DNA of 64,000 nt from assembly GCF_006345805.1 (NCBI RefSeq), contig NC_043014.1, forward strand, positions 35,154,001 to 35,218,000. Reading direction: 5' to 3'. Numbering within the stretch: the first letter of the stretch is position 1; each line of letters opens with the position of its first letter. A program made the translations under genes and the position numbers. This document shows, in pieces, positions 26,153 through 38,173 of the stretch. Below the pieces are notes generated by a model that was not told where the DNA came from, did not search any database, and worked only from the letters and a program-made list of their open reading frames with translations. The DNA comes from Octopus sinensis (lineage: Eukaryota).

Positions 26153-26357
26153 ACCTTCCGCATTCGTTTTTCCTCACCTTGTCCAGACCCTGCTTCATAT
26201 TGTACAGATGACGATCAGTTATTTTCTTATGCTTATCTTCATGACATATAATGCATGGCTTTGTATTGCTGTTGCACTCGGATCTGGAGCCGGCTACTTC
26301 GCGTTCCGATGGAGGAGACCTTTCAAGACAATCGAAGACTCAGAACATTGCTCCTGA
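26153..26357 (+). CDS. SLC31A1: CTR1-like copper transporter, terminal coding exon (TM2-TM3)
   Basis: tctttcgcAG|A CCT TCC..; [67 protein letters not shown]. Contains MxxxM (MLIFM) and GxxxG; phase 2 matches the 18333-18453 exon. Frame not in the ORF track. Confidence 0.95.
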
Positions 26358-27277
26358 AGCTGCACAAAATAAAATAAGTAGTATAATAATTAGAATATAC
26401 AAATTAGGTAAGAAAAAAAAAAGCAAGGTATTTGCAGAATTATATTTTTATGTTTCTTATCTATATTTTTTATAAAATAACGATTTTGTAATTATTTTTT
26501 AATAAACTGAAAAATAATATTCTCTAAAATTATATTCTTTTTTTTTTTTTGATAAAATGAATAAAAGTGACAAAAGGTTATATAAAATATTTTCCAATGA
26601 ATATACGCAGACATCTCAAAAGTAAATAAACACCTTTTCAAACCCCAATGTATAACAGTTTTATTTTTATTTTTATTCCTATTTGCTTCTATCTAGAAAT
26701 CAATGGAAATTACTACTATTCGAACCTTGAGCTTGGCTTTTGTGACCTGGACATCAATGTTTTGAAACTGACCTATTTCCCATTACATTTCAGACAGATT
26801 CAGCGCTGAGTTGCCGAAGCAGAAATAGCAAATATTCTGCTCAATATCACAGATTTGCTTGTCAGTTGCTTGACCATAACCACTTGAACATGTCCCTTAG
26901 TGGCTGACAATATGTGCATCTCTGGCCATGATCAGGAGTAGTGGGGGAGCATCATAGCCATGTGCCGAGAGGGATTCTTTGAGGTTTGAATAAATGTAAC
27001 AAAGGCAAAGTTTGAAGGAAATATTAGTCATTTTTCATACTTTCTTGGGGTAAGCAAATAGGAAATAGCTGCTACCCAAGGACAAAAATCGTGTTACACA
27101 GTGTTATCTGTGCAGACACTACCAGGTGCTTCAAACTTGATGATGTATTATTACTTTTTCATTTCAGATGACAGTATAGTCACTGTTTATAGTAACTAGT
27201 CATGCAGCGAATACCATAAACAAAAGAGTTGTCTGATATTCCAAAAAGGCGCACTGTGGGTCAATCTTAGGGTAGAT

Positions 27278-27513
27278 TTAGCCAGCATAAAGTTGCATAA
27301 AACAAACTGATTGTACACTGCACCAGCGAAAGAATGATAGCATCCCCCTTGACCGAATGAAACAGCATCCCATTTTGGTCAATTTGGACCCTGTGACGAA
27401 TGTCTTCAGGCTCTTAAATAGATTGTTAAAAATAATTCCCGTTGTAAGACAGCTGATGTCTAGTAACTCCAGATGAGTTGTGATGCTTTTGTGAGGTACG
27501 CCCATCAACTTGG
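27278..27513 (-). CDS. Candidate terminal coding exon of an unidentified minus-strand gene
   Basis: cattttcatttccatAG| acceptor; the only long open frame is (A)KLMGVPHKSITTHLELLDISC..QLYAG*, in phase with exon 30373-30497. Confidence 0.4.
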
Positions 27514-27967
27514 CTATGGAAATGAAAATGATAATACATCAACAAGTTCCGAGCACCATATAGTACCCACACAGATAAAACATTATGTTGAGATGTGTCT
27601 ATTTACTTTTGAAAGTCTGTGTATATATATTTTCTCAAACATGTAAATAGTTATTTAAAAAAAAAATAACTTTCAGTTTGAGATCTCTAGAAAGCGTTGC
27701 ACAACTCAAAATTCTATAAATAGGCATTAGGTGACTAATTTGGCTGAGAAAGAATAAGGCTATAATCTGTTCTGAATTGTCTTACATACTTTCCAGCGCG
27801 AGCGAGTGGAAGAAGATTTAAAAAAAAAAAGAAAAAAAAACAAACATTTTATCCTTATTTATTTCTCGTTTGGTTTTTGATGTTCGCTGTATAAAATATG
27901 TAAACACTTAACTATTTATTGCTGGGCAGGGAGGTCACAGACAAATTCTAAGTCAATATATTACTAT

Positions 27968-28969
27968 TATAGCACTTAGTGAAATATATTATCTCTCTTT
28001 GAGAGATATCATACAAATGAGGACGTAGCAGATAACAGCCATCCTTCGGATGCTTAGGCCCAGTTATGTCCGCTGCTCTGATTGGTTGGCTTTGGTGCAG
28101 TTTTGTCTTTTGCTTTATTTCGCGCCAATGTGTAAACCAACCAATCGCAGCCTTCAGATAAGGTCCCGTGACACAGTCTTCTAGGTTCTTTTTCTGGAGC
28201 CCACTAAACTCTTTAAAAGGCTAGATCAGCAACCGTAATTCGTCTTCGGTCCTACACCATTGACCACAGAGTATCCAGCGACATACAGCCAGTTCGAGCA
28301 ACTCAGCCATGTTCCAGCGACTTCGACACCAACACCACCGCAACATTTCAGGACCTTTCACCACCGTCGCCTTCACCGTAACGTCGCCTTTCGCCACCGT
28401 CGCCTTTTAGCTTATCGCGACCACCAGCATCAATACGTACAAGTAACATCACCCACGTTTAAACTTCACGCTGTTTATGAATACTCACCAAGGTTAACAG
28501 CTAGCTCTACCTGCGAGAATCTTCTGTACCAAGTAATCTGGCACGGGATCGCAGCTACAACCTCTACACGCGTAGTAACCGGCTCTCCACTTTGTAGCCA
28601 CAACTTCATGGTTACAGAACCTCTACAATTGTGTATCTTACTACGAACCGGTATTTATCTCCGTTTGTGTCTGGACATTCATCTAGCGTGCTGTTATAGA
28701 CTCTTTCTATGCACTGTATTATTATGTACATATTTATAACGCACACACGTGCACACACTCTCATGACACGAACACACAGACACACAAGTTAACCTATAAA
28801 TAAGCCTTTTCTCTTTAACATAACGGTTGTGTCGTCTCATCTTATTCTTCAGTGGCCCTCTTATTCATTTATCCATTATTGTGGCTTCTTTTGTAAGGCG
28901 ACCGTGCGGCGATTAAAAGGAGACCTTCATTCCTCACCATCTCCTTTCGTACGGTCGTGTCGTACTACA
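27968..28969 (+). mobile_element. Solo LTR (Gypsy-like termini) with 4-bp TSD
   Basis: Ends TATAGC (TGTAGC in the sister copy) and CTACA; CTAT at 27964-27967 and 28970-28973; internal ATTGG/CCAAT boxes and a TTTAAAA TATA-like motif. Confidence 0.75.
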
Positions 28970-30372
28970 CTATAAAATATTTTATCCATGGAACGTTAAC
29001 CTCTTGGTGGTACTGGAACTCTTAACATCAAGTCATAGAAGTAAATAAAGTACTGGAGAAATTATCTGACAAGCTGTGGGACCAGAAGTACCGGATTTCT
29101 GGATTTTTCAGTTTTCTGGAGACAGCCTAGATATATACTTAAAATATAAAATAAACTATGAAAAGTAAAGAGCTAAATTGTATTTAACAGATTCATATTA
29201 ATATACTTCTAATGTAGTATCTGTTTGATAATAATTGATCCATTAAAAATTCTTAAAATACATCATACACTATCATGTACACAGTATAATGTTTATAGGA
29301 TGAAAATTATATGAAAAAATATAACGGACATGATTTTATTTAACAGATGAAGATACAAATTATTATAATTCCAAAGAAGAGATTGCTTACTCTTTATCTA
29401 TCCACTTTTAAAAGTAAATAACAAAACAAAACTATTTTTAACACAACATATGCAAACTATCTGAGTTCAGAAACGGAGCCAGTTTATTCAATACAGGGTA
29501 CAGTATACTGCATGGTGCTGCAGAGTATTCTCAGATTTCTAGATGCCGGGTAAAGGTCTGGTGCCGTATCAGTTTTTTTTAATCATCCGTGTCGCAGATG
29601 TGTAAAGAAAAAATTCTATCGATTGATTCGGTCAGCTAGTACGTATTTTATAGGCTCCTGAGAAGATGCTAGACAAAGTATAATTAAGTTTTGCCACCAC
29701 ATGGATTGCGGTCATTACTGTGGTTGTTCATGAAACTACTTATTGTATGTTGGCTGCCTGGCTTCATTCTTGATCCTAGGCTTTCTTTTTCCGCAGCTAT
29801 TATAATGCAATGAACTAGCGGAATTGTTAGCATGCCAAGCAAGTTGCTTGGCGGCATTTTGTCCGTTTCGCCGAGTTCGACTTTGTCTTTTATCATTTCG
29901 GGGTCGATAAGTTAAGTAACAGTCGAGCATTGGGGGCCTATATAATCAACTTAGCTCCTCCTCCGAACTTGCTAGCCTTGTGCCAAAGTTTGAAAGCGCT
30001 ATACGGCGATTTTGTTTCCATGCTGAAGAGAGGGAAAACTGTGCTGTCAGTTACGATTCCCTTTCCCAGGAATTGTCACTGAATTGTAAACTGGGCTATT
30101 TTGAAACGCAAATGGGTGCCTCTGAAGTATCTGGTGATTATTCCCTTGATGAGCAGAGAGACATGGCAGTAGTCTAGGGCTGCATGTATGAGAGCATGAA
30201 AAACAGAGCCGTAAACATTGACTAAATCTAGCTAGATCACTATCAAGTTACTTTTGAAATTTTTGGCTTCCCGGATCTTCTGACTGAAAACTCCAGAGTG
30301 TTCCAGACATCCGGAGAAACTTGGTCACGAGTGGATTCATTCTTTCAGCCTATACCGAACAGAAGAATTTAC

Positions 30373-30497
30373 CTTCAATACTATGGTCAATGAATGAGAA
30401 GTTTTCTTTCTTTGGAACAATAAAATGGTTTTTCATCCGGTCTTCCGGAACAGCGTCCACAATCTCCGAAAGAGCATCGGGCATTTTCATGTATATC
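30373..30497 (-). CDS. Candidate coding exon of the unidentified minus-strand gene (ATG at 30490)
   Basis: gtatgcAG|G ATA TAC ATG AAA..ATT GAA G|GTAAAT; IYMKMPDALSEIVDAVPEDRMKNHFIVPKKENFSFIDHSIE open across the exon. Confidence 0.45.
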
Positions 30498-30639
30498 CTG
30501 CATACACACACATGCACACAAACATACATACACATACAAACACACATGCACACACTTACATGGTTAACAGTGCATGATCGATCAATTATGGTTACACCGT
30601 TTCTTTTTCTAAAATTGTTTATCAGAACCACAGCAGATT

Positions 30640-30905
30640 CGATGAAAAAAAAAGCAAAACACAAAATAAAAAAACGCAAAACAACATCGCTCTCCGACAG
30701 GTTTATGATCGAACCTGTGGCAGTGGAATCTGGTGTTCTTGGTCCCGAGACCATATCGCTACTCACCACTATCGGAGCAGAGATGGTTATCAGAAGTGCG
30801 CAGCCCGTGAGTTAGAGTTGCTGTTCCAGCGCACCTCCCTCGCCATCCTTCGGAGCAACGCCTTTTCTCTTTAATCTACTGGGATCATGTGGCAGTCTGA
30901 CTTAC
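30640..30905 (+). mobile_element. CRE/SLACS-like RLE LINE 3' end
   Basis: RFMIEPVAVESGVLGPETISLLTTIG..QRTSLAILRSNA resembles F.P.AVET.G..G..A..LL..IG..QR.S.A..RGNA. Confidence 0.7.
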
Positions 30906-31034
30906 AGGAAATTGTACGTTCCACTCTTTAATGTCAAGTTACTTTTTCTCCTATAACTATAACGATCTCTGCTTATTGTGTCACACTTTTTCAACTTTAA
31001 TAAATCCTTCCTACTGGAAGCACAAGGCCTCAAA

Positions 31035-31490
31035 TTTTGGGGGAAGGGATTAAGTTGATTACATCGACCCCAATACATAACTGGTACTAATTTTATCGAC
31101 CTCGGCGGAATTCGAACTCAAAACCTAACGACAGACGAAATACCTCTAAGCATTTCGCCCGGCGTGCTAACGATTCTGCCAGCTCGCCACCTTAATACAA
31201 CCCCCTTCGGTCATGAATGACCATGGGATTGCACCTAGAAAGTTACCCTCCCAAGCACAAGTCCGGGCAAGGTTGTTTATGGAAGACCAGCAGTCGCCCA
31301 TGCATATCCAAGGGAAAGGCAAAGGTTGATACAGTTTGGCATCTGTGATATCGTAACCCATTTCTACAACTGAGTGAACTGGAGCAACGTGAAATAAAGT
31401 GTCTTGCTCAAGAACACAACGCGCAGCCCGGTCCGGGAATCGAACTCACAACCTCACAATCGTAAGCTCGAAGCTCTAACTACTGAGCCA
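31035..31490 (-). mobile_element. Family B SINE fragment followed by a tRNA-derived SINE (family E)
   Basis: Reverse complement of the family B head, then GGCTCAGTAGTTAGAGC..GTTCGATTCCC..TGTGTTCTTGAGCAAGACACTTTATTTCACGTTGCTCCAG. Confidence 0.75.
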
Positions 31491-31911
31491 TTATATATTT
31501 TTATATAATATAATGTAATGTAATATAATAAATGTGAATGTCAGTGTCTCAGTGTGTTACACTTTTTCAACTTTACTCCTAGAGGCCGTAGCCCAACATA
31601 TCATACCATTTTGGAATCAGGCTGATTCTGTGAGTAAATTAAAAACATTCCGGGCCGAATCCGGCCCCATAATCCTGAAATTTGCGATTCCCAAGTTTTT
31701 ATTACTGTGATTGTATTCGGTGATTTTTTTTACGTGATTTTTTGCGACGAATTTTTTTGTGCGATAGCAATTTTTATAATCTAATGGCTAACTCCGTGAG
31801 TAAATTAAAAACATTCCGGGCCTAATCCGGACCTGCAATCCTGAAATTTTGGATTCCTATGTTTTCACTACTGCGATTGTTTAGGGCAATTTTTTTTACA
31901 TGTTTTTTGGC

Positions 31912-32085
31912 GACGAATATGGTCGTCATTGGGATATGACTCTGGAGGAAGCAATTGCAACAAATTCTCCAAAACAAGTCAGTAGAGTTCCAAGTATTGA
32001 ATGTTCTTATACGATAAACGTCCTTATACAATAAATACATGGTCTGTAATTTCACATGAAATTCGTTGTAATCCAAAATTCCTTA
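31912..32085 (+). mobile_element. Helitron RepHel remnant
   Basis: DEYGRHWDMTLEEAIATNSPKQV and, after a frameshift, LYNKYM resemble the HW..TL.EA....P..LR.LF..LW.KY segment of Helitron RepHel proteins. Confidence 0.5.
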
Positions 32086-32307
32086 GCAACCCGTTCGCTT
32101 CTTTGACACTACCGACTGAGGTAACTGTGTAGCTTATGTTTACATATCAATACCTTCTTATAAATGTATACACAGAAATACAGGATTCGTTCTTAACTAA
32201 TTGTTTGTTGTACTGGAAGAAATTTTGTTTAATTTGGTTGAATCAATTAAAACAACAAAATTGACTTTTAAACGCAGCAATAATAAATCATGTTTGAAGA
32301 GAGAATG

Positions 32308-32382
<75 letters not shown>

Positions 32383-32401
32383 TGTATGTGTGTGTGTGTG
32401 C

Positions 32402-32432
<31 letters not shown>

Positions 32433-32736
32433 CGTGTGTGTGTGTATGTGTGTGTGTATGTGTGTGTATGTGTGTGTATGTGTGTGTATGTGTGGTGTGT
32501 GTGTGTGTGTGTGTGTGTGTAAGTGTATTAGGCCTTGGGTAAGAATTCAGTTTTAGGAGATGGACCTCGGAACAAGAAGTAGAAAAGAGAAAAACAGTTA
32601 CAAGAAAAAGGGGAAAAGGCAAGAAAGAATATAAGGAAAGAAGGAAAGAAGAACGAAAGAGGAAAATACTTTGCATTGTTGTTAAGATAAAACATTAAAA
32701 GAATCGAAAATATGAAGAATCTATAAACAACAATAC

Positions 32737-32941
32737 CTGAAAATGATGACTATGGTAGCATATTAGCTACTGCAGACACGAAATTCTTGATCCAGTATAT
32801 TTTTCCTATCAAGGAACCGTATATAAAAGTATTAATAAAGATATCATCTTCACCATCTTGATGTAGTGATTCACAGTTGTTTTACTCTATGCTTAAGAAA
32901 AATGGCGAAAGCAGCATATTTGCTGACCGTGACGATGAAGA
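32737..32941 (-). other. Candidate non-coding (5'UTR) exon of the minus-strand unit
   Basis: tttaatcttttttatatAG| acceptor and CAG|GTATTG donor; stops in all three frames. Confidence 0.35.
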
Positions 32942-33399
32942 CTATATAAAAAAGATTAAATAAAATATAACGAGTTAGAGACAAAAGCAACACAAACTAA
33001 TGCACACACAGGCAAGTAGGCAAGTGAATATACTGATCATTCTTTCTTCATAGAATGGTTAGTTTATTTACTGAATCTTCTAGAAAAATAATAAGAATGT
33101 AGCTGTCTAATCTAACGTGCCTGTGTGTGCTTGTGTTGTATCTCTAAGTGTCTTTTTCTCAATACACTTTCTCAATAATTATGACGTAACTTATACGTTT
33201 TATTCAAAGTTTAAACGTATTATGTATGTACGCACGTATATATGATCATCCAATTTCTTTATTAGTCACAAGGGCCCAAACATAGAGGGGGACAATACAG
33301 CCTGATTGGGGTCAGACACACAATGATTATATGACTTTTAAAATTTTACAAAATATAATGAAATCGAATGAGATACAACAAGGACGAAATACAAACATG

Positions 33400-35065
33400 A
33401 GATGAAGCAGAGAGATGGCTTACGCTCCGACCCCACGAGACCCATTCTCCTACTGAAACTTTTGTATGCAGACTTATGACATGTTCACGAGGAATCTTTC
33501 ATTCCCAGCACCCTCGCAACATGCAACCATCTCATCCTTGCACATGTTCAGTCTACTGCTGGACGAATGCCTCAGTATGTCCTCTCCATCGATCACAGTC
33601 CAATATTTTCCTCATCCATGTTTGGCTGCCGAAGAATTTAACAAGGTCTTCATTCCAACTTTTGCATGGTTTTCCTCTCCATTTTTTTCTGAATGTGTTG
33701 TCCACTCTGTCAATTTGCTATTCCATCTATTGTCTTTCTAAACACGTCTCGCAGAAGACCATTTCAAAGTTTGAGCTGGCAGAAACGTTAGCGCCTCGGG
33801 CGAAAGGCTTAGCGGTATTTCGTCTGTCGTTACGTTCTGAGTTCAAATTCCGCCGAGGTCGACTTTGCCTTTCATCCTTTCGGGGTCGATAAATAAAGTA
33901 CCAGTTTCGCACTGGGGTCGATGTAATCGACTTAATCCGCTTGTCTGTCCTTGTTTGTCCTCTCTGTGTTTAGCCTCTTGTGGGTAGTAAAGAAATAGGT
34001 ATTTCGTCTGTCGTTACGTTCTGAGTTCAAATTCCGCCGAGGTCGATTTTGCCTTTCATCCTTTCGGGATCGATAAATAAGTACCAGTTACGCACTAGGG
34101 TCGATATAATCGACTTAATCCGTTTGTCTGTCCTTGTTTGTCCTCTCTGTGTTTAGCCTCTTGTGGGTAGTAAAGAAATAGGTATTTCGTCTGTCGTTAC
34201 GTTCTGAGTTCAAATTCCGCTGAGGTCGATTTTGCCTTTCATCCTTTCGGGGTCGATAAATAAAGTACCAATTTCGCACTGGGGTCGATGTAATCGACTT
34301 GATCACTTTGTCTATCCTTGTTTGTCCCCTCTATGTTTGGCCCCTTGTGGGTAGTAAAGAAATATATCTTACGCATAATATCTGTTGCCGCTCTTATTCT
34401 GTTGTTTCTCCACTTATCCATTTTGTTAATCCTTAGAATTCTCTTTTCCATGGCTCTTTGTGTTGATCTTAATCTATTTTCAATGCTTTTGTTGGTAGTC
34501 CATGTGTCTTATGCATACATAATGGTAGGCAGCACACACTGGTTGAAGACCTTTCTTTTTAGATACATGGGCAAATTATTGCTCATGGTTTGATTCAATT
34601 TACCAAAGGCTGTTCATCATTCAATTTCTTTGGTCTGATTTTTATTCTTTAAGCAGATTATTATTATTACATTTCCAGCTGTGATTAAATTGTTGGAGAT
34701 TGTCTTCATTTTACTAATATTAATTCTGAGTCCACATTTTTTACTTTCTTCTTTTATTTCTCAGAGCATTTATTGTTAATTCTTTAATGCCCCTGAAAAT
34801 GAAAGCAATTTCATCAGTAAATTTGAGGTGATTAAGTATGCATCCGTTTATATTTACTCCTTCATCTGACCAATTTAAGTTCTTACAAACCTTTTCTAAT
34901 ACAGATGTGAATAATTTGGGTGACATAGTGTCTCCTTGTCTGACTCCTTTTAACAATTTTAATATTAGTCGCTTTGTTGTTTATAGTTGCTGTGGTTCTG
35001 CAGTTGGTGCACACATTCGCTAATAACTTCGCGTAGTCTCTTTCGATTCCCTTTTCCTTTAGTGC
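33400..35065 (-). mobile_element. RTE LINE remnant interrupted by a family B SINE trimer
   Basis: KGVRQGDTMSPKLFTSVLE..INGCILNHLKFTDEI (RT motifs), with downstream RTE tail peptides. Confidence 0.85.
33775..34363 (+). mobile_element. Family B SINE, one head plus three bodies
   Basis: ~180-bp body repeated with AAAGAAATAG|GTATTTCGTCTG junctions at ~33998 and ~34179. Confidence 0.9.
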
Positions 35066-35070
35066 CCTTA

Positions 35071-35108
<38 letters not shown>

Positions 35109-35481
35109 TATATATCTATATATATATATATATATATGTACATAAACACAAACACACATTATATCATATGGTTTGTTTTGATTCTCTATTCGTATTTGGT
35201 GCTTATTACACACATGTGAGTGAGAACACTGAGATATTTTTGGTATCTAACATATGTCAGATACTGCGATCGCTGCTTCTGATTGGTCAATCCATGGTGA
35301 TGACCCGAGGTCACGGTGACAGCGCTGCTTCTGATTGGTCAATCCATGGTGATGACTTGAGGTCACGGTGACGGCACTACTTTTGTCATTCATAAGTTAC
35401 AACTAAACGTGAAGAATTTAGTTATTGGGTTAATAAAATATGGTCGTTTATTCGTGTGTAATAAATAAAATACCAAACTCA

Positions 35482-35599
35482 TTCCCTATGGATACCGTAT
35501 TTATTACAACTCGTGGCTTGTAAACGTATCTAACGAGCGAAAGCGAGTTAGATACGTTTACAAGCCACGAGTTGTAATAAATACGGTATCCATAGGGAA
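35482..35599. repeat. Perfect 53-bp-arm palindrome with GC-GAAA-GC apex
   Basis: 35482-35534 is the exact reverse complement of 35547-35599; outer 10-bp arms at 35469-35478 and 35603-35612. Confidence 0.95.
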
Positions 35600-35659
35600 C
35601 TCGTTTGGTATTCTCTATTTATCCGGTGTTTGGGGTCGTCGGAAGCATTGATACGCAAA

Positions 35660-35850
35660 TGTCGAACAATGAGAATGAGTGCTCAGCACCGCTTTGATGG
35701 ATAAAATTTCTTTATTTCTGTATTAAGGCTACCATTGGTTTCATGTTAAGATATTTTTCTTGACATGAAATCAATGGTAGCCTTAATACATATATAAAAA
35801 AATTTTTATCCACCAATGTAGTGTTGAACTCTCATTCTCATTGTTCGACA
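35660..35850. repeat. Hairpin/MITE with 20-bp terminal and 33-bp internal inverted arms
   Basis: TGTCGAACAATGAGAATGAG pairs with CTCATTCTCATTGTTCGACA; 35719-35751 pairs with 35758-35790 with two G-T pairs. Confidence 0.9.
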
Positions 35851-35946
35851 GTTAAATATATATTCATACACTCGCAATGTCAGGCCGTGCAGTCGGGTGG
35901 TCGTTTTGGGCGCAGTCAAGGATACCTATGTGCAGCAGCAACAAGT

Positions 35947-36330
35947 GGAGGCGCAATGGCCCAATGGTTAGGGCAGCGGACTCGCGGTCGGAGGATCGCG
36001 GTTTCGATTCCCAGACCGGGCGTTGTGTGTGTTTATTGAGCGAAAACACCTAAAGCTCCAAGAGGCTCCGGCAGGGGGTGGTGGCAACCCCTGTTGTACT
36101 CTTTCGCTCCAACTTTCTCTCACTCTTTCTTCCTGTTTCTTGTCTCCGACTTCCTACGCAACCGCTGAGCCTGGATGCGCATTCATCCATCCGTCGATGC
36201 TCTCGGTGTCGGGGGTTGACCTGCTTTCTCTTCTGCGGGTCTTACGAATAGCAAAGGACCACGTTTCGGACTTCTCCCATCTTGCGAGCTCTGGGACGAA
36301 GACCGTTCGCTCAACAGAAACAGCAGCAAC
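35947..36330 (+). mobile_element. tRNA-derived SINE family C
   Basis: A- and B-box-like head and body shared with 8665-8962 and 63285-63565. Confidence 0.8.
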
Positions 36331-37184
36331 AGTATCTCAAATGCAAAACCAGTATTTCATTGTGGTTCTCGCCGAACTTTGTAAAAGGTTAGTAATTGTG
36401 GTAGTTAATGTATTTTCTGCTACCAAAGAGAAAGGCCAGCTTTTACAAGCAGTTTTTGTTATGTTGAGGATGTGAGATCATTAGAGACCGAGAGTGAGGT
36501 GACGCCTAGCATTGGCAGTGACTTTAAGAGTTCTAGTTGCATGTTCTTAATGTTTAGAAGAATCAGGCATTAAAATATTGTTTTCGTAAGTAGAAAATGA
36601 AAACGGAAATGAAGAAAGCTTCGAACAATGCAGAAAGTTTTACAAAAACTCTTTATATTTCGGGCACAAAAACCTATCTTCACGAGGAAGTTGTCTAAGA
36701 AATATCTAGTTACATTCTTTTTCTACTTTTGTAGAACAATACTCCAAGCGAACTACAATGCTCTTATTGTTTTCATAGTATGTGTAGTCATTGTGTCCTT
36801 GTGTTGTTGAAGGAGACTAGATTAGAGAATGCTCTCATGGTATCTGATTATGAATTTGTTTTGACGCTTGGGTATGGAATCAGTATTTGTCTTGACGCTT
36901 GGGTATGGAAGTTTAGTGAGCAGTGAATGGTAGTACTGTCTATGTGGGCGGTGTTGGAGGTGGCTGCAAGTAGGTCGTTGATAAATAAGAAGTGGACTGT
37001 ACAATTAGTTAAGTCCAGATTATCTCTGATCGAGCAAATCGGTTATCAAAAATATTCCGGCCTTGATCAACCGGCCTATTTAAGAATATATGGAATTACA
37101 TTATAAGGGGTTGGAGTGTGATTTTTGGGAAATTTAGTTGGGAAATTTATAAATCAAGTGATTCCGCAGAAACTCGCTCTTCGG

Positions 37185-37596
37185 CTGCGCGCTGGCAGAA
37201 ACGTTAGCACGCCGGGCGAAATACTTAGCGGTATTTCGTCTGCCGCGACGTTCTGAGTTCAAATTCCGCCGAGGTCGACTTTGCTTTTCATCCTTTCGAG
37301 GTCGATTAAATAAGTACCAGTTACGCACTGCGGTCGATATAATCGACTTAATCCGTTTGTCTGTCCTTGTTTGTTCTCTCTGCGTTTAGCCCCTTGTGGG
37401 TAGTAAAGAAATAGGTATTTCGTCTGCCGCTACGTTCTGAGTTCAAATTCCGCCGAGGTCGACTTTGCCTTTCATCCTTTCGGGGTCGATAAATTAAGTG
37501 CCAGTTACGTACTGGAGTCGATGCAATCGACTTAATCCTTTTGTCTGTCCTTGTTTGTCCCCTCTATGTTAACCCCTTGTGGGCAATAAAGAAATA
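37185..37596 (+). mobile_element. Family B SINE, one head plus two bodies, 17-bp TSD
   Basis: AGAAACTCGCTCTTCGG at 37168-37184 and 37597-37613. Confidence 0.9.
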
Positions 37597-37738
37597 AGAA
37601 ACTCGCTCTTCGGTTAGTGTGTTGAATAATTTATAAAACAAAATGAAATAAAGCAAATTCACGCGATCTTTTCAGTTTGGCTGCCAATTTTCAAAAATTC
37701 TGAGTTATTGAAAGTTTAAAAATTTGATACAATAATGT

Positions 37739-38173
37739 AGGGATCTTTTAGGTTTGAATGGTAGTTTTTAACATGATTTCTAGGTAACTAAAACATTTTA
37801 AACTTCGTATACTGGTAGAATGTGTTTATATAACATCTTTTTCTCTTGGCTTTATTAAGAAAATTCTATAGTTTGTAAGATATTTGTTGTTGTTTTTCTT
37901 CAATTTCTGCAAGTTCAACCAATCAATGACCGTCTATTGAGGTGAAAACATTCCGTGCCGTATGAATATGTCCCTCGTTTAAGAAACAGATTGGGTTTAT
38001 TTACATTTCTGAAGAAAAAAGATACCCTTCCCCCACCCCTAACCCTAACCCTAACTCTAACCCTAACCCTAAATTAGATTGAAATGCAATAGATCGATAC
38101 TAGGGTCATGATTTTGGGTGACAATTTCATATGACACCGCTAGAAAAAACCGCCGTTCAAACCGAAAAGTTCC
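37739..38173 (+). mobile_element. MITE with GGGATCTTTT.. TIRs and internal (TAACCC)n
   Basis: TIR-like GGGATCTTTTAGGTTTGAATGGTAGTTTT and AAAACCGCCGTTCAAACCGAAAAGTTCC; opposite-orientation sister copy at 46672-47447. Confidence 0.75.

Noticed and set aside
28260-28739. 159-aa ORF
   Set aside because: Lies inside the solo LTR, has low-complexity composition, and is not preserved in the sister LTR.
32737-32941. Rescue of MVKMISLLILLYTVP**..* into a secreted Cys-rich peptide by A-to-I recoding of stops to Trp
   Set aside because: Needs three independent stop edits; nothing in the sequence supports this.
35947-36020. tRNA-like sequences (also at 812, 14006, 31420, 38850 and others)
   Set aside because: They are SINE heads: there is no complete cloverleaf or acceptor stem, and each continues into a SINE body.
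38030-38072. (TAACCC)n as a telomere or chromosome fusion site
   Set aside because: Only ~5 units, embedded in a MITE with a sister copy in the window.
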